From Akkermansia muciniphila (GTDB lineage: Bacteria > Verrucomicrobiota > Verrucomicrobiia > Limisphaerales > UBA9464): 64,000 nucleotides of DNA. The notes beneath the pieces are model-generated. The model saw nothing but the letters and a program-made list of their open reading frames with translations. It made no database searches and was not told the DNA's origin. A program made the translations under genes and the position numbers. This document shows, piece after piece, positions 27,465-36,957 of this stretch; positions within the stretch are counted from its first letter, which is position 1; the number at the start of each line of letters is the position of its first letter. The DNA is taken from contig CAMAUY010000007.1 in the NCBI GenBank assembly GCA_945861565.1, positions 3,116 to 67,115 of the forward strand. Direction: 5' to 3'.

Positions 27465-28993
27465 CGGACACCCGACGGCAGACGGACCGTGAAAATGGTG
27501 CCGCCGCTGACGGGGCAGGAGACGTCGATGCTGCCTCCATGCGCAGCGACGATGGCTTTGCAGATCGCGAGGCCGAGGCCGGTTCCGCCGGTTGCGCCGG
27601 TGCGGGATTTGTCGGCGCGGTAAAAACGCTCAAAGATTCGAGGAAGATCCTCCGCGGGAATTCCCGGCCCCTTGTCGGCAACCACCAAGAGGGCGGAATC
27701 ATTTTCACTCCGAGTTACCACGCGGACTTCCCCGTCGCTCGTGTTGTGGAGAATGGCGTTAGACAACAGGTTCGAGATTACTTGCGCAAGACGTTCGGAG
27801 TCGCCCAGACACTCCGTCGTCGCGAGTTCAGAGTGGATCCGAATATGGCGATCTTCGGCCAGCGGGCGTAAGAGTTCGAGGCTCTCTCGCACGGTCTGGC
27901 TCAGGTCGATTCGTTCGCGTTTCAAAGATTCCTGTCCGGCGTCCAGGCGGGCAAGAGCGAGCAATGACTCAGTCAGTCGGCGCATCCGTTGAGCGGCGCG
28001 CTGGCATGCTTCCAAGGTCTCGCGGTATTCGAGGGGGTTCCGTTCGCGGGCGAGCGTCGCTTGAGTCTGGGAAAGAATGACGGCGATCGGGGTCCGCAGT
28101 TCGTGGGACGCATCGGCAGTGAATTGTTGTTGCCTGGCAAATGCGCCCTCCAGGCGAGCGAAGGTCGAGTTTAGTACGGCGGCCAATTCACCGAGTTCGT
28201 CGTCGGTGTTTTCCGTGTTGATTCGATGCGAGAGATTGCCCCCGGCAATCGTCGCAGCCGCGGCGCTGATGTCGCCAATCGGACGGATGGCACGGGTCGC
28301 GAGCCACCAGCCGCCTGCAAGTCCCAGGACGAGCACGATACAGCCGAGAGCCGAAAGCACGAGCGCAAGCCGGCGAAGGCTCGCAAGCTCCGGCCCGATC
28401 GAGCGACCCACCAGGATACATTCGCCAGGCGGGGTGAACTGGTAAAGCTCACGGGTCGTTCCGCGCATTCGCACCGTCGGGACCGGCCGCCTGATGAAAT
28501 CGGGCCGCGAGACATCGGACGCCGCACTGGCGGAGCGGCTCAGTTCACTTCCGTCGCGAAGCCAGACGACGTAATAGAATGGGTTGATCTCGCCTTCGAA
28601 GAGGCCCGCACGGTTAGGACCGAGCCGGAACTCTCGCGGTGCTGGAAATCCTCCCCCTGCCTCACGAGGCGGCGGCCCCCGACGTCCCCGATCATCCGGC
28701 GCACCGTCAATCGGTCGCGGGTCGCCAGGTCTGCGCGGACCACCCGCGCCATTTGGACCGCCGCGCGGACCCTCTGGCCCACCAGGCCCACCGGGGCCCC
28801 CGCGCTCGCCGGGTAGCGGGCGACGTAACCCCTCCAGCACCGGCCCGAGTCGTTGCTGGAGCTCCTGATCCACGCGGTGAAGTTCATTTGCATACTGCAG
28901 TCGGTAGGCCGTGAAGCCGAATCCAACCAGAACCGCGAGTAGGATAAACCCGTGCCAGAGTTGCAACCGCCAACGGATGGAGCGAAAAATCAT
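27461..28993 (-). CDS. sensor histidine kinase (TM-periplasmic-TM-HAMP-HisKA-HATPase)
   Basis: H-box ASHELRTPIA, N-box NLLSNAILHN, G1 DKGPGIP, G2 GTGLGLAI. The sensor loop is Gly/Pro/Arg-rich (GERGGPGGPGGPEGPRGGPNGAGGPRRPGDPRP). Confidence 0.85.
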   Translation of the reverse strand: MIFRSIRWRLQLWHGFILLAVLVGFGFTAYRLQYANELHRVDQELQQRLGPVLEGLRRPLPGERGGPGGPGGPEGPRGGPNGAGGPRRPGDPRPIDGAPDDRGRRGPPPREAGGGFPAPREFRLGPNRAGLFEGEINPFYYVVWLRDGSELSRSASAASDVSRPDFIRRPVPTVRMRGTTRELYQFTPPGECILVGRSIGPELASLRRLALVLSALGCIVLVLGLAGGWWLATRAIRPIGDISAAAATIAGGNLSHRINTENTDDELGELAAVLNSTFARLEGAFARQQQFTADASHELRTPIAVILSQTQATLARERNPLEYRETLEACQRAAQRMRRLTESLLALARLDAGQESLKRERIDLSQTVRESLELLRPLAEDRHIRIHSELATTECLGDSERLAQVISNLLSNAILHNTSDGEVRVVTRSENDSALLVVADKGPGIPAEDLPRIFERFYRADKSRTGATGGTGLGLAICKAIVAAHGGSIDVSCPVSGGTIFTVRLPSGVR

Positions 28994-28995
28994 GT

Positions 28996-29649
28996 TCAGC
29001 CTTCAATGCAGTATCCGTGGCCTCGTCGGGTGGTGATAAAATCGTGCCCCAACTTCTTGCGCATGTTGGAAACATGTACATCGAGCAGGTTCGAGAGCGT
29101 GCTGTCGTCCTCGTCGAACAAGTGTTCGTAAAGCGCGGTTCGAGTGACGACTTGGCCGCGGTGGAGCATCAGGTATTCAAGCAGTCCGTATTCGCGGGCG
29201 GTCAGTTCGACGAGAGCGCCCGCACGGGTCACCGAGCGCGCCGCCGTATCAAGCGCCACCTCTCCGATTTCAATCCGCGTCGTGGTCTGACCCGATGTGC
29301 GCCGGATCAAAGCACGCAGGCGGGCTAGCAGTTCCGGGAGGTCAAACGGCTTCACCAGGTAGTCATCCGCTCCCGTGTCGAGGCCTCGCACGCGGTCACG
29401 CGATGTGTCGCGTGCGGTGAGCATGAGCACCGGTGTCTTACGGGTCTTGCGCAAGCGCTGCAGCACTCCCCATCCGTCCAGCTTCGGCAGCATCACATCC
29501 AACAAGATGACGTCATAGGCAATGCTCTCGGCGCTGAAAAGGCCGTCCTCACCGTTCGCAGCGGTGTCCACAGCGTAGCCTTCATCACGCAACGCCATCG
29601 TCAGGCTTCGCAGCAAGTCAGGCTCGTCTTCGATGATCAGGATTCTCAT
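28996..29649 (-). CDS. OmpR-family response regulator
   Basis: Receiver domain (MRILIIEDE, DVILLDVMLPKLDG, LVKPF) plus a winged-helix domain (LTAREYGLLEYL...TRRGHGYCI). Its stop lies 2 nt before the kinase start. Confidence 0.9.
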   Translation of the reverse strand: MRILIIEDEPDLLRSLTMALRDEGYAVDTAANGEDGLFSAESIAYDVILLDVMLPKLDGWGVLQRLRKTRKTPVLMLTARDTSRDRVRGLDTGADDYLVKPFDLPELLARLRALIRRTSGQTTTRIEIGEVALDTAARSVTRAGALVELTAREYGLLEYLMLHRGQVVTRTALYEHLFDEDDSTLSNLLDVHVSNMRKKLGHDFITTRRGHGYCIEG

Positions 29650-29953
29650 GTCAATGGGTGAGCGAACGTCCGAACGCCTTCACTTGGGTTTCGTGGACAA
29701 CAAACCAAGCCGCTTCACGAGCGAGAGCATAACTCAGTCCGCTAAAAATCGGCATAAAGAGAATTTTTTGCCGCTTCACGTTCTCTTAAGGTTGCCTCGC
29801 GTAACGTGGCCTCATGAAAACGACGAGTCGCCTCCGCCTGCTGCTTCTGCGCTCACGGGCCGACAAGTCTTTCTGCGCTCCGGCCGGAAACATTTTTGCA
29901 TCGTGGTGATGCAGACGGCAGGTGCGGCGAAGTGACAGCGAAAGCAAAACATC

Positions 29954-30841
29954 ATGAATACAAAAGTCCTCATTCTGACGATGGCGTTGAGCGTCTCAAC
30001 GTGTCTCGTCTCTGCGCAAGATGGGAATCCCCGCCCGGGTGGACAACGCCCCCCCGGTCACGAAAGCGGTCGCGGTGGCCCCGACGGGGAGCGCGGCGGC
30101 CCCGGTGGGCCCGCCATGCAGCGCCCGATGAATCCCGTCCTCCTCGCGCACGACACCAACCACGACGGCGTCATTGACGCCGACGAAATCGAAAAGGCCA
30201 GCGAGTCCCTGAAAACCCTCGACATTAACAGCGACGGTAAAATCACGCGCGAGGAATTACGTCCGCAGCGCCCAGGCGGACCTGACCGCCCGCGTGGACC
30301 GGGAGAACGAGAAGGTCAGCGAGCTTCGAGAGCGGAGGGCGGTGGGCCCGATGGGCCGGAGGCCGAGCACGGCGGTCGCGGTGGGCCCCGAGGTCGAGAG
30401 GGCGAAGAGGGTGGGCGGGGTGGACCCCACGGTAGACGGGTTGCTCCCGGCGGCGGTCCGGAGGGGGAACGGAATAAACTGGACGATGAACGGGGTGGGC
30501 CGGCTCGTCCCGAGGGTGGGCGGGGTGGACCGGGCGGACCTCAGGGCCCCGGGGGGCGGCATCCGATGCACCCCCTCCTCCATGCGCTCGACCTTAATCA
30601 CGACGGCACGATTGACACCTTCGAAATCGGACGAGCCAGTCAGTCCCTGAAGATACTGGACCAGGATGGTGACCGAAGAATCACGCGTGACGAATACCGC
30701 CCGCGACACCCCGGAGGACATGGTAGACACGGTGGACACGGTGGACACGGTGGACACGGCTCAGAGGGTCATGGGCCTCGTGGACAGGGCGGACAGGGCG
30801 GGGGCGGAGACAATCGGCCGCCGCATCCCGGATCGGAGTAG
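29954..30841 (+). CDS. secreted EF-hand calcium-binding protein, internally duplicated, Gly/Pro/Arg-rich with His/Gly tail
   Basis: Signal peptide MNTKVLILTMALSVSTCLVSA. Two EF-hand pairs (DTNHDGVIDADEIEKASESLKTLDINSDGKITREEL and DLNHDGTIDTFEIGRASQSLKILDQDGDRRITRDEY). C-terminal HGGHGRHGGHGGHGGHGSEGHG. Confidence 0.75.
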   Translation: MNTKVLILTMALSVSTCLVSAQDGNPRPGGQRPPGHESGRGGPDGERGGPGGPAMQRPMNPVLLAHDTNHDGVIDADEIEKASESLKTLDINSDGKITREELRPQRPGGPDRPRGPGEREGQRASRAEGGGPDGPEAEHGGRGGPRGREGEEGGRGGPHGRRVAPGGGPEGERNKLDDERGGPARPEGGRGGPGGPQGPGGRHPMHPLLHALDLNHDGTIDTFEIGRASQSLKILDQDGDRRITRDEYRPRHPGGHGRHGGHGGHGGHGSEGHGPRGQGGQGGGGDNRPPHPGSE

Positions 30842-30863
30842 GCCAGCCGGTGCAGAGGGCGAG

Positions 30864-30921
30864 GGCGCCGGAAGGGAGTGCAGGTTCGAATGCATCCTTT
30901 CGGCGCCTATTTTTATTATTT
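30864..30921 (+). terminator. rho-independent terminator after the EF-hand gene
   Basis: Imperfect ~17-bp stem ggcgccggaagggagtgca / tgcatcctttcggcgcc with loop ggttcgaa, followed by tatttttattattt. Confidence 0.6.
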
Positions 30922-30927
30922 AATCCG

Positions 30928-31689
30928 CTAAGGGTCGTTATACACGAATGACCACGATGCCCCATGCTGAAAGTCGGGCTTGTCGGTGGTGGCCTGCTGA
31001 TAACTCACGTGCGTATCGACAAAGAGCACATTCCCGCCTCCCAGCCGGGTTTTGTCGTGCCAGTACATAGACTGAAACACCGCCCTTCGGGACACCCATT
31101 CGAAATAACAGTTGAACGAAAAATCATTGACCAGAATTACCCTGCTCGGATTCCGTATGTCAGACGTTCTCTTGCCAAACAATCCTTTGTTACCATCGTT
31201 ATTGTTCGCGCTGCAGTTGTAGAAATAACTGCTGCCGTCCTGATCAAACACGGAGGGCTTCAAATCCTTCGGCCAGTGACCCTTCTTCGCCCCGTTGTCA
31301 CTCGGACACAGGAACGCCAGGGCGGCTCCCCCTTCGTTGGTCATCACGGCGCCGGTCTTGACAATGTACGGATTAATCAATCGGAACTGATTACCGGTGA
31401 CCGGCGCCTGAATCCCGGCTTTCCCGCCCCAGGAATAATAGGTGTAATCCACGCCCTGTGCATGGGTGGGAAACCGATCCTTATTATCGTCAAAATACAG
31501 GGCGCCGGCGATACCCTGCTGCTTGAGATTTGAAACGCATTTGGTTTTCAGAGCCTGCGCCTTTGCCTTCGATAGGGCCGGCAGCAGCATGCCCGCCAGG
31601 ATGGCGATGATCGCAATGACCACCAACAATTCGATCAAGGTGAAACCGTTGCGAATTGATCTCGACCGTGCTTTGCGGACAAGTTTCAT
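30928..31689 (-). CDS. prepilin-type N-terminal cleavage/methylation domain protein (pseudopilin-like)
   Basis: Start moved to ATG 31687-31689 ([46 protein letters not shown]). C-terminal [11 protein letters not shown] motif. Confidence 0.8.
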   Translation of the reverse strand: MKLVRKARSRSIRNGFTLIELLVVIAIIAILAGMLLPALSKAKAQALKTKCVSNLKQQGIAGALYFDDNKDRFPTHAQGVDYTYYSWGGKAGIQAPVTGNQFRLINPYIVKTGAVMTNEGGAALAFLCPSDNGAKKGHWPKDLKPSVFDQDGSSYFYNCSANNNDGNKGLFGKRTSDIRNPSRVILVNDFSFNCYFEWVSRRAVFQSMYWHDKTRLGGGNVLFVDTHVSYQQATTDKPDFQHGASWSFVYNDP

Positions 31690-31903
31690 AGGTTGATAGT
31701 GAGTTACGTGGGGGGTTCCGGACGATACTCGGGCTTCAGTCGGGCTGGGAAACTCGGACAATCCGCGCCAAACAATCGGTTTACATCGTCACTCCGCGGT
31801 TAGGGATTTTTTCTTTTGGAATTCTCTGGTCGGTTCTGACAGTCCCCCGATCAATGGGTAGTTACAAGGGGTTTATCAAAGTGGGACCCCCTTCGTGACT
31901 TCT

Positions 31904-32060
31904 GCATCGGCTGGCTGTGGCGTACTCCGGAGGCGCGGAGCGCCGTCAGATCGTAGCCCATGGCGTCAGCCGTGGGTTTCCGGGTGAACCGCACGCAAGC
32001 CCCGGAGGGGCGAAAGAGAATTTGGCTCAAGGCGCACTCCTCCAGCTCTGTCGCCCCTCC
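31904..32060. repeat. family-B repeat, truncated copy
   Basis: gcatcggctggctgtggcgtactccggaggcgcggagcgccgtcagatcgtagcccatggcgtcagccgtggg...ggggcgaaagag...ctctgtcgcccctcc. It lacks the second arm. Confidence 0.75.
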
Positions 32061-32236
32061 TAGGGAGGACTCACGCAGTGTTCAACCCCTGATCAGGGCA
32101 CGAGGCATGCGGCCCAAATCCGCGGATAAGGAGCCGCGAAGAAGAACCGCGGATGAACTCGGATTGACGCGGATAGAATAGGCCTGGAATCTGGGTCGAT
32201 CGGCGTTTATCCGCGGTTCCCACTCCCCTTTCGTCG

Positions 32237-34831
32237 GTGGCGACGAATTCAATACTCATGGCAAGCACTGTCTTCTGGGAAATAGGGCTGCGTGGCCGTG
32301 TTCAATACAGCATATATAACAACTGCACGCGGAGAAAAGGCACCGTCGAGGACTTTTTTTCTCATTTTCAGATTCCTATCCGCGGATCAAGGGTGCGGGG
32401 AAACGCCTTGACAGCCCCATCTCGAAGCTCAGTTTCAATCCGAATTATCACGCTGACAAAATCGAGTCTTGGGAGCTGCGGACCCTTCAAAGGCGGTTCT
32501 CCGCGACTCCGTCGTTTTTTGCCGTGCAGCGGGTGCCTGACCCTCGTTGTCGCGACGCTGCTCTGGAACTCGGCGGTGGGTGCTGAACCGGTCCACGGCG
32601 TGCATTGGGGTTTCAAGCCGCTGGTGTCGCCCCCAGTTCCCAGTACGCGAGACCTTCGTTGGCCGGCAACCCCGGTGGATCGTTTTGTGCTGGCACGCCT
32701 CGAAGCGGCAGGATTGCAGCCCGCCGCCCGGGCGGATCGGCGGAAGTTGATTCGTCGCGCCAGCTTCGATCTCACCGGCCTGCCTCCCACGCCGGAGGAC
32801 ATCCAACGTGGGTTGGACGATCCGTCGCCCGATTGGTTTGAACGCCTCGTGGACCGTCTCCTCGAGTCCGAGCACTTCGGAGAACGTTGGGGTCGACACT
32901 GGCTTGACTGGTCGGGTTACGTTGACGTAATCGGAGGCGACAACGACGCCGGCACGGTGAAATTGGGCGAGGGCAAATGGCGGTATCGAGACTACGTGAT
33001 CCGCGCCTTCAACCGGGACATGCCCTTTGATGAATTTATCACCCAACAACTTGCCGGTGACGAGACGGTGGATTGGCGCAATGCCTCGGAATTCTCCCCG
33101 GACATTATCAACCGGCTCACGGCCACGACATTTCTTCGTCATGTGGCGGATGACACCGATGAAAATGAATTGAACACGGCCGACATCCGGCATGGAGTGT
33201 GGCAACGAACTGCGGAGTTGGTGGCAAATAATTTGTTAGCACTCACACTTCACTGTGCCAAATGCCACGACCATAAATACGACCCCATTTCGCAACGGGA
33301 CTATTATCGCTTTGCAGCGCATTTTGCCCCGGCCTTCAACCCAGAGCGATGGCTCCAACCGAAGGATCGCAATCTTCCTGATATTTCAACGACTGAGAAA
33401 AAAGCGGCTGATCAATTCAATCAGGAGATTGATGCCGCCGTCGCTCGCTTGGAAAAGAGGCGGGCCGAACTCGAAGCCCCCGCTCGGTCGAGGTCGATCG
33501 AGGAGAAACTTGCGCAACTTCCCGTCGAGATTCGTGCCGATCTCAAGTCTGCCCTGCAGACTCCTTCGGAGAAACGGAGTGAAGTGCAGAAGTATCTGGC
33601 CGACAAATTCGAGAAATCCGTCCTTCCCACCCCCGAGCAGATCCGGGCCGCTCTCGCGGAGACCGCTCGCGCGGAAGTAGCCGTTGCGGAGGAAGAAATT
33701 CTCCAACTCAACCACTCCAAGAAGCGTTGGGGTATGTTACAGGCCGTTTACGATGTGGGGTTGCCCAGTCCGACTCGCATTCTCCAGCGCGGGAATCATC
33801 TCAACCCGGGAGACGAAGTGAGCGCCGGATTCTTAACGGCGCTCTGCGGGCCGAGTTCGACGGGTGACAAACTCCTAGGAACCGATCCTGGGGCTCCATG
33901 GGTGGGGGCGACCAGCGGCCGTCGACTCCGTCTTGCTCGATGGCTTTGTGATGGCGCGTCGCCCGCATCGGGGTTGATGGCCCGGGTGATGGTTAACCGG
34001 ATGTGGCAACAGCTCTTGGGCGTCGGTTTGGTCGAAACCAGTGATAACTTCGGGGTGGCAGGATCCCGGCCAAGCCATCCTGAGCTCCTCGAATGGCTTG
34101 CCAGTCAGTTCATCCAATCGGGTTGGCGCATCAAGCCAATGCTGCGCCTGATCATGACCTCGGCCACCTACCTTCAGTCCTCAGCCGCGCTCGATTCGCC
34201 TGCCGCCGATCGGGCGTACGAGGTGGATCCGGATAACCGCTTGCTCTGGAAACAACGCCTGCGCCGTCTCGATGCCGAAGTCATCCGCGACTCGTTGCTG
34301 GCGGTTGCAGACTTGCTGGATCCGGCGATTGGGGGGCCGGCGATGCCAATCGAATACCGTCCTGACGGGATGATGGTTCTTAAGGGAAGAGAAGGGGCGT
34401 CGCCCCGGCTGCCTTCCCGGCGCAGCGTGTATGTGCTCGCGCGGCGCAACTATCCGTTGTCGTTTCTCGCCACGTTCGACCAACCGATCATGGCGATGAA
34501 TTGCGCCCGCCGGACTCCCTCTGCAGTCGTTTCGCAGTCGTTGACGATGCTCAATGATGCGTTTGTCGAGGAGCAATCGGCGGCTCTCGCTCTCCGGGTC
34601 GATCAAGCCACCGCGCACGCCAGCCCGGCAGAAAAGATTACGAAGGTGTTTCAATGGGCGTTGTCTCGCCCGCCGGCACCCGATGAAGCATCATGGTGCG
34701 AGCGGTTCTTGAGCGGACAGACCTCGCCGGTTGCGGCCGACGAGCCTGCAAAATCGATGGTTCGGCGACAGGCGCTGACCTCGTTGTGTCAGACTCTATT
34801 CAACAGCAGTGAATTTCTATATATTGAATGA
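32237..34831 (+). CDS. DUF1549/DUF1553 (PSD1) domain protein; true start uncertain
   Basis: DUF1549 motif LIRRASFDLTGLPPTPEDI...HFGERWGRHWLDW, a central CAKCHDHKYDP motif, and DUF1553 C-terminal SATYLQSS ... LFNSSEFLYIE. The first ~70 codons of the track ORF read through repeat DNA. A likely start is a non-ATG codon near 32450-32520 (e.g. TTG 32519) ahead of the signal-like CLTLVVATLLWNSAVGA. Confidence 0.8.
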   Translation: MATNSILMASTVFWEIGLRGRVQYSIYNNCTRRKGTVEDFFSHFQIPIRGSRVRGNALTAPSRSSVSIRIITLTKSSLGSCGPFKGGSPRLRRFLPCSGCLTLVVATLLWNSAVGAEPVHGVHWGFKPLVSPPVPSTRDLRWPATPVDRFVLARLEAAGLQPAARADRRKLIRRASFDLTGLPPTPEDIQRGLDDPSPDWFERLVDRLLESEHFGERWGRHWLDWSGYVDVIGGDNDAGTVKLGEGKWRYRDYVIRAFNRDMPFDEFITQQLAGDETVDWRNASEFSPDIINRLTATTFLRHVADDTDENELNTADIRHGVWQRTAELVANNLLALTLHCAKCHDHKYDPISQRDYYRFAAHFAPAFNPERWLQPKDRNLPDISTTEKKAADQFNQEIDAAVARLEKRRAELEAPARSRSIEEKLAQLPVEIRADLKSALQTPSEKRSEVQKYLADKFEKSVLPTPEQIRAALAETARAEVAVAEEEILQLNHSKKRWGMLQAVYDVGLPSPTRILQRGNHLNPGDEVSAGFLTALCGPSSTGDKLLGTDPGAPWVGATSGRRLRLARWLCDGASPASGLMARVMVNRMWQQLLGVGLVETSDNFGVAGSRPSHPELLEWLASQFIQSGWRIKPMLRLIMTSATYLQSSAALDSPAADRAYEVDPDNRLLWKQRLRRLDAEVIRDSLLAVADLLDPAIGGPAMPIEYRPDGMMVLKGREGASPRLPSRRSVYVLARRNYPLSFLATFDQPIMAMNCARRTPSAVVSQSLTMLNDAFVEEQSAALALRVDQATAHASPAEKITKVFQWALSRPPAPDEASWCERFLSGQTSPVAADEPAKSMVRRQALTSLCQTLFNSSEFLYIE

Positions 34832-36288
34832 ATAGCGACATCTCTATCTCCCGGTCGAGCGCTCCAATGTCCCGGCGCGAGATGTTGCGTGTTTCGGGGC
34901 TGGGTTTCGGCGCGCTGGCCTGGCAGAGCCTGGCGGCGGCCGAAGGGAAAGGTCTGCCCCAGGAGGGTAGGGCTGCCAACCCGTTGATTCCGCGGCCGCC
35001 CCACCGGTCCCCGAAGGCTCGATCGGTCATCCTGCTCATGCAAAACGGAGGTCCCAGCCAGATGGACCTTTTTGATCCCAAGCCGGAGCTTAAGAAGCGG
35101 GAAGGCCAGACGTACGCCGAGAAGGTGGAAAAGTTTCAAAAAGGCAGTGAAGCCAACAAGCTTCTGGGATCCCCTTTCGCATTTCACCACCGCGGATCCT
35201 GCGGCATGGAGATGAGCGAGGTCATTCCTTGCCTGGGCTCCGTTGCGGATGAGTTATGCATGATCCGATCCATGTATACCGAGCATAACAATCACACCGA
35301 GGGCTTGGTGATGTTTAATACCGGCAAGATATTTCCGGGCCGACCCGCGCTGGGTTCTTGGGTTAGTTACGCACTCGGAAGCGTCAATCAAAACCTTCCC
35401 GCCTATATCGTACTGCGCGATCCGGAGGGCTACAACACCAGTGGCACCCTCCTCTGGCAGAACGGCTGGTTGCCGGCCCAGCATCGGGGGACCGAAATTA
35501 ACACGCGGGGTGCTCCCCTTTGGAACCTTCAACCCGCGCACCCAATCGCGCCCGAAGCCCGGGAAGCGCAGCTCGAGTTGCTGGCCCGACTCAATACAAA
35601 ACACCGGGCCAATCACCCGCGCGAAAGTGAATTGGAAGCTCGTATTCAAAACTACGAACTCGCCGCCCGCATGCAGCTCGAAGCGGGCGAATTGCTCGAT
35701 TTGCAGCGTGAATCAGCCGACACCCGTAAAATCTATGGATTGGATAACCCCGTCACGGCGGGCTATGGACTCCGTTGTTTGATGGCCCGTCGTCTGGTCG
35801 AATCCGGAGTTCGTTTCGTGCAAGTGTTTCCACCCGTCAAACCGCAATTTCAGCCCTGGGACTCCCACTCCAACGTCAAAACCGAGCTGGAAAGAATCTG
35901 TGCCGCCTGCGATCAACCCAGCGCCGCGTTGATCCAGGATCTGAAAGCCCGAGGATTATTGGAGGAGACGATCGTGATTTGGTCCGGTGAATTTGGGCGG
36001 TTGCCGGTTTCTCAAAACGGTTCAGGCCGGGACCATAACCGGAATGCCTTTACGACATTGATCGCCGGCGGGGGCTTCCGGGCCGGACATGTTCACGGTT
36101 CGACGGATGAAGTCGGGTATCGGTCCGTTGAAAAACGAGTGAGTGTGCCCGATTTGCACGCGACCCTCCTGAACCAACTTGGCCTTGATCATGACCGCCT
36201 GACCTTCGCCCACCACGGACGCGGAGAAACTCTAACCGACTCGAGTGTGACCCATGCCCAACGGGTGCCGGAACTGATCTCCACCTGA
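34828..36288 (+). CDS. DUF1501 domain protein
   Basis: Its start overlaps the upstream stop (ATGA at 34828-34831). Motifs SRREMLRVSGLGFGALA, GGPSQMDLFDPKP and SGEFGRLP...RDHN. Confidence 0.85.
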   Translation: MNSDISISRSSAPMSRREMLRVSGLGFGALAWQSLAAAEGKGLPQEGRAANPLIPRPPHRSPKARSVILLMQNGGPSQMDLFDPKPELKKREGQTYAEKVEKFQKGSEANKLLGSPFAFHHRGSCGMEMSEVIPCLGSVADELCMIRSMYTEHNNHTEGLVMFNTGKIFPGRPALGSWVSYALGSVNQNLPAYIVLRDPEGYNTSGTLLWQNGWLPAQHRGTEINTRGAPLWNLQPAHPIAPEAREAQLELLARLNTKHRANHPRESELEARIQNYELAARMQLEAGELLDLQRESADTRKIYGLDNPVTAGYGLRCLMARRLVESGVRFVQVFPPVKPQFQPWDSHSNVKTELERICAACDQPSAALIQDLKARGLLEETIVIWSGEFGRLPVSQNGSGRDHNRNAFTTLIAGGGFRAGHVHGSTDEVGYRSVEKRVSVPDLHATLLNQLGLDHDRLTFAHHGRGETLTDSSVTHAQRVPELIST

Positions 36289-36882
36289 TCCCGTGAACTG
36301 CCGGACGTATTTACCCAAAAGATCCGCCTCCAGGTTCACCCGGTCGCCGATCTGACGTTCCGATAAAGCGGTAACCTGGAATGTGTGCGGAATGATCCAA
36401 ACCCGAAATCCAGACCGCGTCACTGCCGCCACCGTTAGGCTAATGCCATCGACCGCAATCGAGCCCTTATAAAGCAGGTAATCGTGCACCCCCTTGGGTG
36501 TCACGAGTTCGAGCAGGTGATCTTTACGGACCTTTTCCCAGCGTAAAATCTTTCCGGTTCCGTCGATATGGCCGGTGACGAAATGGCCGCCCAGACGGCT
36601 TCCGACGGCGAGTGCCCGCTCCAGGTTGACTCGTGCCCCGACGGTTGCATCGGAAAAGTTGGTTCGTCGCCAGGTTTCTTCGAGAAGATCAAATCGCAGG
36701 GCAACCCCGGTGGGTGCCTTTTTCCGGGCGACGACGGTCAGGCAACAGCCGTTGACAGCGAGACTGTCACCGATCCGAGTCCCCCGACTACAGACCTTGG
36801 CACGGATCCAGAGTTGGGTCGATTCCCGGGCCGGCACAATTTGGGTGATGACGCCCGTTTCCTCGACAAGTCCAGTGAACAT
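36232..36882 (-). CDS. ribE: riboflavin synthase (alpha chain)
   Basis: MFTGLVEETGVI, and two lumazine-binding repeats (GDSLAVNGCCLTV, GSIAVDGISLTV). Confidence 0.85.
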   Translation of the reverse strand: MFTGLVEETGVITQIVPARESTQLWIRAKVCSRGTRIGDSLAVNGCCLTVVARKKAPTGVALRFDLLEETWRRTNFSDATVGARVNLERALAVGSRLGGHFVTGHIDGTGKILRWEKVRKDHLLELVTPKGVHDYLLYKGSIAVDGISLTVAAVTRSGFRVWIIPHTFQVTALSERQIGDRVNLEADLLGKYVRQFTGSGGDQFRHPLGMGHTRVG

Positions 36883-36957
36883 GGGGAGGCAGCTTTATCG
36901 AGAGACTGACGCGTGTCAGTTCAAAGATTGATTGAAGTCGGCTGTGGAGCCCGGAGA

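Noticed and set aside
32118-32387. Five copies of a CCGCGGAT core, including the perfect palindrome ATCCGCGGAT at 32118-32127 and 32378-32387, upstream of the DUF1549/1553 gene. Considered as operator sites.
   Set aside because: The motif sits inside sequence of the type (tttatccgcgg / aatccgcggataa) that resembles another dispersed low-complexity repeat class of these genomes, next to a family-B copy. I cannot separate a regulatory role from repeat origin, so it is not called.
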